Of a DNA stretch of 64,000 nucleotides, positions 12,110 to 23,093 are shown piece after piece. Where the stretch lies: positions 1,248,001 through 1,312,000 of the forward strand of contig CBDCFN010000016.1 in NCBI GenBank assembly GCA_965216315.1, written 5' to 3'. The DNA comes from a bacterium (lineage in GTDB: Bacteria; UBA10199; 2-02-FULL-50-16; JAJFLM01). The translations under genes were made by a program, and so were the position numbers. Every line of letters starts with the position of its first letter. Positions within the stretch are counted from its first letter, which is position 1. A model generated the notes under the pieces. That model was given only the letters and a program-made list of their open reading frames with translations, did no database searches and was not told the origin of the DNA.

Positions 12110-12133
12110 GGGCGCAGCATGCTGCGCCCCTAC
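12106..12133. repeat. GTAG-type REP-like perfect palindrome
   Basis: GTAGGGGCGCAGCATGCTGCGCCCCTAC is a perfect 28-bp palindrome between convergent genes. Confidence 0.75.
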
Positions 12134-12145
12134 TGGAGATAAGAA

Positions 12146-12775
12146 TTAATCTGCATTTTCAAAGAAGAGCTCGTACTTTTCTTCAGGTTTTTTTTCTGCC
12201 TGAATAATAGGCTTTTTCTTTGGCTTAATGGGAACATCTTCTTCAATCAGCGAACGTGATTCAAAACTCGGTTCTGGGGTTGCGGCTTCCGGGGATTGAT
12301 GCATTTCTGCATAAATATCAGGCTCAATCTTGAGCTTGCCAAAAGAGAACCCTAAGTCCCAGCCTTTGCCGGTCCCGCTCAAGGTCAGGCCTACTTTGCC
12401 GTTCCATAGGGCTTGTGCACCAGCCGATTTGGAGGCACCGGCATGGGCTTCGGTTTGTGCGTAACCGCCGAGTACTTCGGAGATATCTCGGACGCGCGTG
12501 AAGCTGGCATGGCCGTTTTCAATCGCGCTCTTCCCGAAGCTTACTCCGCCTCCGTGAGTACGGAGCTTGACTCCCATACTTTGGCCGTTATCGCAGGTGA
12601 TTGTTCCCTGTCCTTTGCCGGATTTATAGAAGACCGACCAGCTCTTGAGATTAAAGGTCATGCGGCATTTGGTCTTGGTCGTGTTGTCGACCGCTGCGCT
12701 GGCGGGCTGCGGGATAAGCGAAAACGTTAAGCTGGCAACGAGTGCCAGGGTTCCCAGAAAATATTTAATTGTCAT
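12146..12775 (-). CDS. Secreted hypothetical beta-rich protein
   Basis: GGAGG RBS, signal peptide, paired Cys, Gly-rich beta strands. Confidence 0.7.
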   Translation of the reverse strand: MTIKYFLGTLALVASLTFSLIPQPASAAVDNTTKTKCRMTFNLKSWSVFYKSGKGQGTITCDNGQSMGVKLRTHGGGVSFGKSAIENGHASFTRVRDISEVLGGYAQTEAHAGASKSAGAQALWNGKVGLTLSGTGKGWDLGFSFGKLKIEPDIYAEMHQSPEAATPEPSFESRSLIEEDVPIKPKKKPIIQAEKKPEEKYELFFENAD

Positions 12776-13040
12776 GAGTACCTCCCTAAGTCGCGCTAAG
12801 ATACCGTTTTTCCTGAATAGTGTCAAATTTACCGCTCTCTAGCGCAGCGGCTTTATTGGGCGAAAACGGCGCTAATTGGGCTGAATATTCTGTTTTGAGC
12901 GCAGGGATCGGAGTGTCCTGTCGCGGCGGCGAGATTTTTCCTTGAAATTTGACGATTTCAATTGTAAAAACGCGGGCCTATCTAAGATTTTTTTATATTA
13001 GCGAATCACGCATCATATCTAACGAAAGGGAATTACCGTT

Positions 13041-13586
13041 ATGACAGCACTCAAAAAATTAGGTCTTGTTGGGGGAATGGCCGCGCTCTTGCTGAGCTCC
13101 GTCGCTATTGCCGGAGTTGGTGAGAACATTGTCTGGCTGGACAAGTATACTTTCCAGGTCAGTCCTTACCAAGGAACGAAGCCGGGCAAGCAGTGGGATA
13201 CCCAAAAGACGAACGACACGAATTCAAAGTATAAATTTGTCCTGCATCGCGCTGGTGCCAACCCTAAGTGTTGGTTGCACTTTGATGTGGACCCTGCAGG
13301 CAAGACCGCGCATTCTTATGCGACTCGCACGCTCAAAAGACGCTACCGGGATCGCGGCCTAACCGGGATCAGCATCCGCAAGGAAGTCATTGCCGGACGC
13401 AATACGTCTATCTTGACGGGACATGATCCACATAAAAATCATCGTTACATGGTTGGAGCATGGCGTAACCGCGAGGTTGGTATCAATCTCGAATGTGATG
13501 CCCATGTGAATGATTTTGCGGTGTATGAGCCTCAATTCCGCAACTTCATCAACTCAAGTCGTATTATCAGCGAAACGTCATACTAA
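13041..13586 (+). CDS. Secreted hypothetical protein
   Basis: RBS, signal peptide ending AIA, followed by a terminator. Confidence 0.7.
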   Translation: MTALKKLGLVGGMAALLLSSVAIAGVGENIVWLDKYTFQVSPYQGTKPGKQWDTQKTNDTNSKYKFVLHRAGANPKCWLHFDVDPAGKTAHSYATRTLKRRYRDRGLTGISIRKEVIAGRNTSILTGHDPHKNHRYMVGAWRNREVGINLECDAHVNDFAVYEPQFRNFINSSRIISETSY

Positions 13587-13607
13587 GCGACGTCGACTGA
13601 AACTTTT

Positions 13608-13660
13608 AATAGGCCACCCTGCGGCATGCTTCAATGCAAAGCGGGGTGGCCTATTTTTTT
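13608..13660 (+). terminator. Intrinsic terminator
   Basis: AATAGGCCACCC...GGGTGGCCTATT stem followed by a T-run. Confidence 0.75.
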
Positions 13661-13670
13661 AGGGGAAGCC

Positions 13671-14447
13671 ATGTATTCAAAAATTTGTTTAATCGTGACA
13701 TTCTTTTTTTGTGTCTCATCTTGTGGCGCCTTTAATCTTTTTACCCTTGAAGATGATAAGGCGTTGGGGGCTCAGTTAGAAGCGCAGATTGCTTCCGACC
13801 CGGACAACTACCCGGTGCTTTCAGAGACAGCTTATCCGCAAGCCTATGCTTATTTGCGTGGAATAAGAGATAAGCTCTTGGCCTCAGGGGCTGTCGAGCA
13901 CGTGGATGACTTCGTATGGAAGGTTTACATCATCGAAGATGATGAAACGCTGAATGCCTTTGCGGCTCCCGGAGGCTACCTCTATTTTTATACGGGTCTC
14001 ATTAAGTTTTTAGATACGGAAGATGATTTTGCAGGGGTCATGGGGCATGAGATTGCGCATGCGGACAAGAGGCATTCCACGGACGCGCTCACCCGTCAAT
14101 TTGGCATCGGCTTGCTACTCGATATTGTCTTGGGAGGGAGCAGTTTTGGCATCATTGCCGATGTGGCGAATTCCCTCGGAGAGTTGGCCTTTAGCCGCGA
14201 TGCCGAATCGGAGGCCGATACGACGTCGGTAGCCTATTTAGCACCGACAGAGTATGCGTGCGACGGTGCGGCAGGCTTTTTTGAAAAACTGTCCGCAGAG
14301 GGGGGGAGTCGGCCTCCCGAGTTTCTAAGTACGCATCCAGATCCCGGTAGTCGAGTGGAGACAATCGGCAATAAAGCGACCGAACTCGGGTGTGACACGA
14401 CGCCGTCAGGAAATGATTACCAAGCCTTCAAAGATATGTTGCCCTAG
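13671..14447 (+). CDS. M48 family metallopeptidase lipoprotein
   Basis: Lipobox VSSC, NAFAAPGG, HEIAH, FSRDAESEAD, FLSTHP. Confidence 0.9.
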   Translation: MYSKICLIVTFFFCVSSCGAFNLFTLEDDKALGAQLEAQIASDPDNYPVLSETAYPQAYAYLRGIRDKLLASGAVEHVDDFVWKVYIIEDDETLNAFAAPGGYLYFYTGLIKFLDTEDDFAGVMGHEIAHADKRHSTDALTRQFGIGLLLDIVLGGSSFGIIADVANSLGELAFSRDAESEADTTSVAYLAPTEYACDGAAGFFEKLSAEGGSRPPEFLSTHPDPGSRVETIGNKATELGCDTTPSGNDYQAFKDMLP

Positions 14448-14458
14448 GGGACTACTGA

Positions 14459-16331
14459 ATGAAGTTTGTTAAAATTGGCGGCATTATCTGTGGTGTCCTC
14501 ATCATTCTCTTATTGATTACGCCTTTCGTAATTCCGAAAAAACTGTATCTGAACTGGGCGATACAAACAATAGAGAGTAATCACCCCGTTAGTGTGACTA
14601 TACAAGATGCCGGACTGACATTGTTGCCGCAGCCACGCCTTTTACTTTACAATATTGAAATAAAGGCGCGCAGTAAGCAGAGCCATGCAAAATTCCTTAA
14701 GGCGGAAAGTCTTAACGCCAGAGCGACTTGGGCGGCTATTTTTTCACGTCGTTGGAACTTAGCGGTGAGTCTTGATACGGCAGAAATTCATTTAACTCAA
14801 TTGGGGCCGGATTATTACAATTATACGCCGCTGTTGAGTACCCGCATCGAGGCACCGGAACCCTTTTCATTGATTCCTTCCGTGCTGGCCGAAGAAGTGG
14901 GCTTATCTCAGCCCCTCGCGCTCAGGCGTCTAGAGGCAAGGCAAACAGTTGTCTATCACAAGAGCTTGCGACAGGACCCTAAAGAGTATCGTTTTGAAAA
15001 ATTGATTGTAAGAAATATCAGGCGTCAGGGACAGGTCTACAGTTTTGAAAGTTCGGTGATTGGAAAACTTGATGATGTAAGTCTTGCGGGTGATATCAAG
15101 ACGAAGGTGGGAGCTGGTAAGATTCAAATCAGCTCAAAATCTCTGAGCCTTGCAGTTCCTAAAAAAGTGGCACTCGATAAGCAAGTTGTTTCTTTAGAGG
15201 GACAGTGGTTGCGTGAGCCTGATTCATTTCGCTTAAAAGAGGGGATTTTACAATTAGGGTCTCAAACCCTGGCTGTATCGGGACTTCAGCGTGAGAAATC
15301 CCTGGAGTTTGAGCTGGCCGCCGAACGGGTGCAATTGGAATCTCTGCAGAAGTTTTTTCCAGAATTGGCTGCATTGCCCCCTATAGAGGATGCGAGTATA
15401 AAGGTTTTCTTTAAGAAAGGCCCGAAGACCTCTGGTAAACCACGTATAAGTGGGAGCATCAAGGCGAAGAAAGTAACGCTGCCTGAGCAGGTTTTTGAGG
15501 ACGTGAGTGGGAGTTTTCTCTTTGTAGCGCCGAGTCTTAAGGTCCAAGACTTTAAAGGGCGCTTATGGGGAGGTCACTTCGAAGGGATTGCCGACCTCAA
15601 GTTAGGTGAGAGCTCACCGCGCTACGACTTTGATATCAACTTGAAAGACGTCAAGGTGGAGCAAATTGATGCCATCAAGGGCTTAGTGTTGGGGACTGGG
15701 GATCTGGCCCTAAAAGCGGCAGGACAAGGGTTTGAGAAGGCCTGGGCACAAACTTTGAACGGAAAGGGGCAAGTCAATCTGAAACAGGTTCAGTTGCAGG
15801 GGCTGGCACTCTTAAAACCGCTCTTTAACGTGCCTGCCTGGCAATTAATTGAACGAGTTCCGGGGGCGATTAATCGTGAAGTCTTGGAAAATTGCGAAAG
15901 GTGCTGATAAGGTGCAGGACCTAGCCAGCACCTTTGAGATCGTCAATGGAGTGATCCAATTGCCTTCACTCAGGCTGCAATTATCTCAAGCCGAGACGGT
16001 GCTTGGGGGCGGTATCGGCCTCGATAAGAGCTTGAAACTGGAGGGAACCCTCAGATTAACTCAGGAATTTGTGGAGGCCTTAATTATCGATAGGCGTCTC
16101 AAGAAAGCCTTGCTAGGGTTGGAAAAGGAACTCATCATACCATTGAAAATTGAAGGGACTATGGAGAAGCCGGTGATACTGCCGGATAACAACTATTTAA
16201 AGCAGCGTTTTCAGGCCTACTTAAAAGAGGATGTAGAACAAGATGCACGCCAATTGATTGATGATGCTGTTAAAACCAAGAAGCTACCAACTAAAAGTAA
16301 AGTTAGGCGAATACTTAAGGGGATAAACTAA
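14459..16331 (+). pseudogene. AsmA-family protein, split by a frameshift near 15890
   Basis: N-terminal TM anchor and beta-rich body; C-terminal AsmA-like segment (IPLKIEGTMEKP) in another frame. The shift is at a GAAAATT A-run and may be a sequencing error. Confidence 0.7.
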
Positions 16332-17335
16332 TGAGGCAAAGCTATCAAGATTGGATTAGGGCGCTTCCGAAAGCGGAGTTGCATATACACGTTGAGGGAT
16401 CACTAGAGCCCGACTTGATGTTTACGCTTGCCGAGCGCAACAACATCAAAATACCTTTTGAATCGGAGGCGGATGTAAAGAAGGCCTATCAATTCAGTGA
16501 TTTGAAATCCTTTCTAGATATTTATTATCAAGGTTGTGGCGTCTTACAGGAAGAAGAGGATTTTTATGACCTGATCTGGGCTTATTTATTAAGGGCGAGA
16601 GAACAAAATATACGTTATGCGGAAATATTTTTTGATCCCCAGGCCCATACGGAGCGAGGTGTCCCCTTTGAAAAAGTGATTAATGGCCTTCACCGCGGCA
16701 TGGTTCAGGCTAGCAGCGAGCTCGCCATGTCGTCTCAGTTGATCATGTGTTTCATGAGGAATTTGAGTGAGGATAAGGCGATGGAAACGCTGGAACAGGC
16801 ATTGCCTTACAAAAATTGGATTGTCGGTGTGGGGTTGGATTCAGGCGAAGAAGGAAATCCGCCTGAAAAATTTGTGAACGTGTTCAACAAGGCTCATGAT
16901 GAGGGTTTTTATGTAGTCGCTCATGCAGGTGAAGAGGGTCCTGTTGAGTATATCTGGCAGGCACTTGACGTTCTCAACGTCGACCGCATTGATCATGGTC
17001 TCCGCTGCCTTCAAGATGAAAAACTGGTTGATAGACTTATTAGCGAACAGATTCCTTTAACGCTATGTCCGTTATCCAATCTGAAGTTGCGAGTTGTTGA
17101 AGAGCTAAGGAGGCATCCCCTCAAGCGTATGCTAGACAGGGGGCTGTGTGTCACGATCAACTCGGATGATCCGGCTTATTTTGGTGGGTATCTGAATGAG
17201 AATATGTTGGCCTGCCAAAAGGCGCTCGGGTTGACACGTGCTGACTTTATTAAATTGGCTGAAAACGGGTTTAAGGCCACTTTTTTACCGGGCGCGCAGC
17301 GCAAGGAATATCTGAAATTATTGGCAGGAGTGTAA
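16331..17335 (+). CDS. Adenosine/adenine deaminase family protein
   Basis: LPKAELHIHVEG, HAGEEG, RIDHG, CPLSN, NSDDPAYF. Confidence 0.92.
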   Translation: MRQSYQDWIRALPKAELHIHVEGSLEPDLMFTLAERNNIKIPFESEADVKKAYQFSDLKSFLDIYYQGCGVLQEEEDFYDLIWAYLLRAREQNIRYAEIFFDPQAHTERGVPFEKVINGLHRGMVQASSELAMSSQLIMCFMRNLSEDKAMETLEQALPYKNWIVGVGLDSGEEGNPPEKFVNVFNKAHDEGFYVVAHAGEEGPVEYIWQALDVLNVDRIDHGLRCLQDEKLVDRLISEQIPLTLCPLSNLKLRVVEELRRHPLKRMLDRGLCVTINSDDPAYFGGYLNENMLACQKALGLTRADFIKLAENGFKATFLPGAQRKEYLKLLAGV

Positions 17336-17419
17336 GAAATTCCTCTTTAATTATCAGCTCTTTCAGAGGTTTTTTAGAGGGCTGACAAGGGGGAGATAAT
17401 GCGTTAGGCTTACCCAAGG

Positions 17420-17890
17420 ATGTCCAAATCATTGATAAGCATATTGGCGCTGGTCATGGCGCTGCCGACGATCACTTGGGCGGGCTTTTCGGTGGGGGTG
17501 CGGGCCCCGCGGCATCGCATCAATGTCGGGAGTGGTGGCGTCAGTGCAGGGCGCGGGCCCTATCGTCTTGGCGTTGGCACCGGCGGCAATGTGAATGTCG
17601 GCGCGGGACCCTATGATCTGGGGGTGGGGCCGAGTCACGTCAGTATGGGAGCCGGTGCCTACGGAATGAGCGTGCATGGCGGTAATAGTTTCAGTGTGAG
17701 CGCGGATGACTATTACCTGGGCGTTGGCAACAGTGTCACTGTCGGTGGCGAGATTGAAGACTATAACGTCGGCATCAATACGGGTGGTCAAGCTAATGTG
17801 TACAACGATAATTACCATTTCGAAGTCGATGACGGCATCAAGGCGAGCTCAACGGTAGAGGATTTGGAAATGGAAGTCGGCGTCGAATAA
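17420..17890 (+). CDS. Secreted Gly-rich beta-repeat protein
   Basis: Signal peptide; repeated G.GPY.LGVG-like units. Confidence 0.65.
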   Translation: MSKSLISILALVMALPTITWAGFSVGVRAPRHRINVGSGGVSAGRGPYRLGVGTGGNVNVGAGPYDLGVGPSHVSMGAGAYGMSVHGGNSFSVSADDYYLGVGNSVTVGGEIEDYNVGINTGGQANVYNDNYHFEVDDGIKASSTVEDLEMEVGVE

Positions 17891-17901
17891 GTCACGTCTT
17901 C

Positions 17902-18222
17902 ATGAGATTCTTGCTTCGTCCTATTAGCGCAATTATTTCCTACCTGGGTCATCTCATGGCCTTTGCGGGTCTTGGCACTCTAATGTATCAGGGGTTTCAG
18001 TGGTACACGAGTGGCCAGTGGCCTTCTATTTCGCTCAATGACTTTCTGTGGGAGTTGAATTGGTTTATTCCGGGGCAGTTCTATGACTGGTTGGCTCAGC
18101 CGACGAATATAAGTGGCATTAATAAGATTTCCGTCTATTTATTAGGGGCTGTTCCTGCAGCCGCTTTTCTATTGATATTGGGCGTCCTCATTGCTTGGGT
18201 GATTGCACCGCTCAGGAGATGA
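17902..18222 (+). CDS. Small membrane protein
   Basis: Two hydrophobic helices; directly upstream of the RND gene. Confidence 0.6.
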   Translation: MRFLLRPISAIISYLGHLMAFAGLGTLMYQGFQWYTSGQWPSISLNDFLWELNWFIPGQFYDWLAQPTNISGINKISVYLLGAVPAAAFLLILGVLIAWVIAPLRR

Positions 18223-18226
18223 ATTG

Positions 18227-21200
18227 ATGAAAAAAATAATTGAGTACTTCGCGTCGCGGCAGTTGATCGCCAATGTTTTCTTCTGTGGGACCATCATCGT
18301 TGCGGCGATCTGTTGGCAAACAATAGGCAAGGAAGAGTTACCCGAGTTTGCGCGCGACGTGCTCAATGTCATGACGATCTACCCCGGTGCCCCGGCTGAG
18401 GATGTCGAATTATTTGTTACCAAGCCCATCGAAGAGGAGTTGAAGGGCGTTTCAGGTATCTATGACATAAAAAGCACCTCCAGCCTGGGGAGCAGTTCTT
18501 TTAGTATATCCATTGACCCGAATTACCCGGACAAAGATAAGGTCATTCAGGAAATCAAAGATGCTGTTTTACGCACGGATTTTCCGTCCGAAGTGAGGGA
18601 CATTCCGACCTTTCGACAGTTTAAATCGAGTGAGAAAGCGATTATTGATATCGCATTGATCCATAAGCAACACAGCTACCTAGATCAGCAAGCTCGATCC
18701 GAGCTGCAAAAATATGCCCTTAGTTTCGAAAATCAAATGGTGGCACTGCCGGAGGTGAGTTCCATCGATAAGAGTGGATATCTGTTGCCGGAGATTCACG
18801 TAATGATGAACCCGGATAAATTAAAGATACTTGAGACATCCATCTCGGAGATTCACCGGCAGATACAGAAAAATCATATTCGCGCGCCGATCGGTTCTTT
18901 GATGGACCGGGGCGAATCTAAAGTTACGGCGCTCAATGAATTAGATAATCAAAAAGCGTTGGAAAATATGGTCGTGAGGGGGACTTATGAGGGGCCTGCG
19001 CTTAAGCTTGATCAGATAGCTGATGTTAAACTGAGCTTTGAGCGTTCCAATAGCATACTCAAGGTCAACGGTCACGAAGCAATTATCTTGAATGTCAAGA
19101 AGAGTGTCTCTGCAGACATATTGTCGGCAAAGGAGGCACTTATGAAGTTCATTGAGCAGCACCGGACGACGAACTCCGACTCGCCAGTGGAAATTATTCT
19201 AATGGATGATGAGTCGTATGATGTGACCAACCGACTTGCGATCATTCTCACTAACGGACTTTTAGGCTTTATCCTCGTGCTACTCGTCCTGTTCTTATTC
19301 TTGGAACCAAAATATGGATTTTGGGTAGCCATGGGGATTCCGTTTTCACTAGCCTTTACGACGATTTGCTTACTACTGGCCGGATACACGATCAATAATA
19401 TGACCCTGGCGGGGCTGATTATCGTGATGGGTGTCGTTGTGGATGATGCGATCGTTATTGCAGAGAATATTCTCCGGCATCGCCGCGAAGGGTGGGTCGC
19501 GATCGATGCGGCGATCGGAGGGACGTATGAAGTTTTTAAACCGGTTTTTGCCAGTATTATAACAACCTGTGTGGCATTTGTTCCCTTGTTCTTTTTTGAA
19601 GGATTTTGGGGCCAGATCGTCAGCTATATCCCGCTTGTTGTTATTTTAATGCTCGCTGGGAGCCTGATTGAGTCTGTCTTTATCTTGCCGTCTCACTTAG
19701 TCGGCAGAACACCTTTACTGAAGAATAAGGTGAGTTCACAGAAAGATTGGTTCATGAAGTTTGAAGCTCGATACGAACGTTTTTTAGTTAAAGTATTGAA
19801 TAAGAGAATATTCGTCTTTGGAGCTTTTCTGATATTTTCAGGAGTCAGTGGCTATATTTTTTCTTTGCATATGAATTTTGCCATGTTTCCGCGCGAGGAA
19901 GCCAAGGAAATATTCATTAAGGTGACTGCCGAAGAGACATCGACTCGATTTGAAACGGCGAAGTTGATCGAACCCCTAGAGCGGATATTCCTTGATGACG
20001 AGAGTGGAGTTGTGCAGGCGGTACGGACGAGTATAGGGCATAGCCGGCGCGGAGGAGCTGTTAAAGAAAATGAGGGCTGGTTGCGTGTGGAATTACTGCC
20101 AGCGAGTCAAAGAGATGTACCATTGAAACAACTAATGGAAGGATGGGAGGCTGCCGCTAACAAGGTAGAAGGTTTCAAAAAGATAAAATTCTTTCGATCG
20201 TGGTTTGGGAGTGGCAGTGGTAGTGCAATTGAGCTGCTCGTACAAGAAAACGACGATGAGAGGAGATTGGCAATCAGTGTTTCAATCAAGGCCTTTTTGG
20301 AAAAAATCCCTTCGTTAAGTAATGTTGAGATAGAGAAACCCTTAGAGAAGAAGGAGTATTTATTTCACATTGATCAGGAAAAACTGGTTCGTTTCGATAT
20401 AGATCCGATTGCGGTGACCACGGCGCTGCGATCATTCGTTGAAGGGACCATACTTTATACGATTAATAAGGGAGATGAAGAGACGGATGTTCGTTTAACC
20501 GTACCGGATAATTATAAGACCGATTTGCTGGCACTGCTTGAGCTCAAAGTTGAGAATAAGGAGGGGCAACTGAGCTATCTTAAGAATTTTGTAACTATTG
20601 TCGAGTCCATGCGGCCGACAAATATCAGCCGCATGAACTACAAACGAACGATGACGGTTTATGGTGACATGTCAACGGATCCGGACCTAACCCCGCTTGA
20701 AATAGCCGAGCTGATGGAATCCAAGCTGTTCCCGAAGATTTACAAGGAACATCCGGGAGCAATACTACGCTTTACAGGTGAAATCGAAGAAACACGGGAT
20801 TCGCAGAATGATTTTAGAAATTCAATCATACTCGCCCTTGTAATGATTTATGCGATCCTCATTATGATGTTTAACTCTGTGTTCAAGCCTTTGATCATAA
20901 TGGCCATTATTCCGTTTGGTGTCGGGGGCGCGGCTTTTGCACTTTTTATCCATGGGTATTCGGTTTACGGCTTTTTTGCGGTCGTGGGGGCGCTCGGGAT
21001 GATTGGTGTCGTGGTCAATGACGCGATCATCATGATTGATCGACTCGGCCAAAAGAGTATCCAGGCGAGCGATCGAGAGGACTATTATCGCAAGATCGCC
21101 GCAGTAACGGCTACACGCTTTCGACCCGTCTTGGTCACGACGATCACGACGGTGCTGGCCTTGTTACCGACGGCCTATGGATTACTGGGTTACGACTCAA

Positions 21201-21322
21201 TGCTTGCCGAGATGATGCTGACGATGGCCTGGGGTCTGGTCTTTGCGACATTCATTACACTCTTGCTGGTGCCGTCGCTCTATACGCTTCAGAAAGGTTC
21301 TTTGGCCGCTACACCCGATTGA
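18227..21322 (+). CDS. RND efflux permease, AcrB/AcrD/AcrF family
   Basis: YPGAPAEDVE, GVVVDDAIVIAEN, GVVVNDAII, RFRPVLVTTITT; ~1030 aa. Confidence 0.92.
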   Translation: MKKIIEYFASRQLIANVFFCGTIIVAAICWQTIGKEELPEFARDVLNVMTIYPGAPAEDVELFVTKPIEEELKGVSGIYDIKSTSSLGSSSFSISIDPNYPDKDKVIQEIKDAVLRTDFPSEVRDIPTFRQFKSSEKAIIDIALIHKQHSYLDQQARSELQKYALSFENQMVALPEVSSIDKSGYLLPEIHVMMNPDKLKILETSISEIHRQIQKNHIRAPIGSLMDRGESKVTALNELDNQKALENMVVRGTYEGPALKLDQIADVKLSFERSNSILKVNGHEAIILNVKKSVSADILSAKEALMKFIEQHRTTNSDSPVEIILMDDESYDVTNRLAIILTNGLLGFILVLLVLFLFLEPKYGFWVAMGIPFSLAFTTICLLLAGYTINNMTLAGLIIVMGVVVDDAIVIAENILRHRREGWVAIDAAIGGTYEVFKPVFASIITTCVAFVPLFFFEGFWGQIVSYIPLVVILMLAGSLIESVFILPSHLVGRTPLLKNKVSSQKDWFMKFEARYERFLVKVLNKRIFVFGAFLIFSGVSGYIFSLHMNFAMFPREEAKEIFIKVTAEETSTRFETAKLIEPLERIFLDDESGVVQAVRTSIGHSRRGGAVKENEGWLRVELLPASQRDVPLKQLMEGWEAAANKVEGFKKIKFFRSWFGSGSGSAIELLVQENDDERRLAISVSIKAFLEKIPSLSNVEIEKPLEKKEYLFHIDQEKLVRFDIDPIAVTTALRSFVEGTILYTINKGDEETDVRLTVPDNYKTDLLALLELKVENKEGQLSYLKNFVTIVESMRPTNISRMNYKRTMTVYGDMSTDPDLTPLEIAELMESKLFPKIYKEHPGAILRFTGEIEETRDSQNDFRNSIILALVMIYAILIMMFNSVFKPLIIMAIIPFGVGGAAFALFIHGYSVYGFFAVVGALGMIGVVVNDAIIMIDRLGQKSIQASDREDYYRKIAAVTATRFRPVLVTTITTVLALLPTAYGLLGYDSMLAEMMLTMAWGLVFATFITLLLVPSLYTLQKGSLAATPD

Positions 21323-21777
21323 TACCGTTCATAGACAACGATAGGAATATCCAATGGGTTCAAATGTTCTTCGATTAAGGGAGAAACCTCGCTCCAATCT
21401 AAACCGCCAACACCTGTCGCCAGGCGGGGCAAGGCCAAGCTCGAAATAGCTTCTTTTTCCGCAAAGGACGCCAGGGCCTTCAGGCAATGATTCACATAAC
21501 TTAATTTTGCCTTGCCAGGATGGCTCTTTGCATTTAGGGCCGGCTCTTGCGTCATGAGATTCACAATTTGTTTTTTGGTCCCGCTCCAGGTCCAGATTTC
21601 GCCTGGCTTCGGATTGACTTGGTGGCAATAATGCCTAAAGTCCTTTACCATAGCCGGCCAATTCTCACGGAGATGTAAGGCCAAACCACTATTGAAATGA
21701 TCGTGTGGCGCGACTCCGTGTGCTAACACAGCCGCTTTGCTTAACAGAATATCTCCACTCACGAACGTAATCATCAT
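21289..21777 (-). CDS. Macro domain protein (TARG1/DarG-like ADP-ribose-processing)
   Basis: GDIL..., LAHGV, NLMTQ, SLALPRLATGVGGLDW pattern. Confidence 0.85.
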   Translation of the reverse strand: MMITFVSGDILLSKAAVLAHGVAPHDHFNSGLALHLRENWPAMVKDFRHYCHQVNPKPGEIWTWSGTKKQIVNLMTQEPALNAKSHPGKAKLSYVNHCLKALASFAEKEAISSLALPRLATGVGGLDWSEVSPLIEEHLNPLDIPIVVYERYQSGVAAKEPF

Positions 21778-21893
21778 CCACCTCGATTTTAGTTTTTCTC
21801 AATCATATTATAACAATAAGCGTGCAGCCTATTCGAAAATAGAAGTATTGACAACATTATAATAAGATGGCTTTAAGCGCTTGGTAATATATA

Positions 21894-23093
21894 ATGTCAA
21901 CGCTGATGAAACAGAACTCATGGAAAGTGTCACCTGAGTTGCTTGATGAAATGCTTCAGCTGCGCCGTCATCTCCATAAATATCCTGAACTCAGTGGCGG
22001 TGAGGGTAAGACCGCTGAAGCCATTAAAGCACAACTCGATAAGCGACGGATAAATTATCGCGACGGGCTAGCCGGGCATGGTATTGTAGCTGAAATTCCC
22101 GGGAATAAATCAGGTCCAGCCATCGCGCTCCGAGCCGATATGGATGCGTTGCCGATTCATGAAGAAACGGGCCTATCGTTCGCTTCGGTACATAAAAATG
22201 TCATGCATGCCTGTGGCCATGATGGTCATAGTAGCATGCTGCTGGGAGCGGCGGCGCTGCTGCAGGAGGAGAAAGCGTCGCTGGAGTATCCGGTGCGCTT
22301 CATCTGGCAGCCTGCCGAAGAAAAGGCGACAGGCGCCCAGGAACTTATCAAAGCAGGTGTGCTCGATAATGTAGGATTGATTTTTTCCGGGCATATCGAT
22401 CCGCGTTATCCAAGCGGTAGTCTTGTCATTACAGAAGGCCCCGTTAATGCATCCAGCGACCAATTTGTTATCTCTATTCGTGGACAGCAGGGACATGGAG
22501 CGCGTCCGCACGAAGCGACGGATGCGATTGTTATAGGCAGCCTGCTGGTAACGGCTATTCAAACGATTATTTCCAGAGAAATTGATCCTGCCGAAGCCTC
22601 GGTGATTTCTGTCGGTGAATTTAACGCCGGCTCTGCACCCAATGTCATTGCAGGTGAGGCACAGCTAACGGGTACCGTACGTGCTCAGGAAACTACAGTG
22701 AGAAAAAAACTCGAACTGGCGCTCGAACGTGTTTGTAAAGCCGTCGCGAATCTGCACGGGTCTTCAATTGAATTTCGTCTCTACCCCCGAACGCCACCTC
22801 TTATTAATAGTCCTGAAATGACTGAATTAGCTAGAGCGGCGGCGCTTAAAGTGGTCGACAATGATAAAATCGTTCCATTACTTCAGGCCAATATGGGTGG
22901 GGAAGACTTTGCCTATTATCTTGAAAAAGTTCCCGGTGCTTATATTCGCTTTGGAGCTAGAATAGATGGCGGCGATTATTCTCCGGCACACTCCAACCGT
23001 TTTGATTTCGATGAAGCTGCATTGGAAGTAGGAGCTCTGTGGTTTGCCAGCGTGGCTTTTTTAGGAGCTCAGTATCTTGCCCAACAAAGCTAG
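21894..23093 (+). CDS. M20D amidohydrolase
   Basis: LRADMDALP, MHACGHD, QPAEE, GGEDF. Confidence 0.92.
   Translation: MSTLMKQNSWKVSPELLDEMLQLRRHLHKYPELSGGEGKTAEAIKAQLDKRRINYRDGLAGHGIVAEIPGNKSGPAIALRADMDALPIHEETGLSFASVHKNVMHACGHDGHSSMLLGAAALLQEEKASLEYPVRFIWQPAEEKATGAQELIKAGVLDNVGLIFSGHIDPRYPSGSLVITEGPVNASSDQFVISIRGQQGHGARPHEATDAIVIGSLLVTAIQTIISREIDPAEASVISVGEFNAGSAPNVIAGEAQLTGTVRAQETTVRKKLELALERVCKAVANLHGSSIEFRLYPRTPPLINSPEMTELARAAALKVVDNDKIVPLLQANMGGEDFAYYLEKVPGAYIRFGARIDGGDYSPAHSNRFDFDEAALEVGALWFASVAFLGAQYLAQQS

Noticed and set aside
21289..21777. Macro domain as the antitoxin of a DarTG system
   Set aside because: No ADP-ribosyltransferase gene adjacent and no DarG C-terminal extension.
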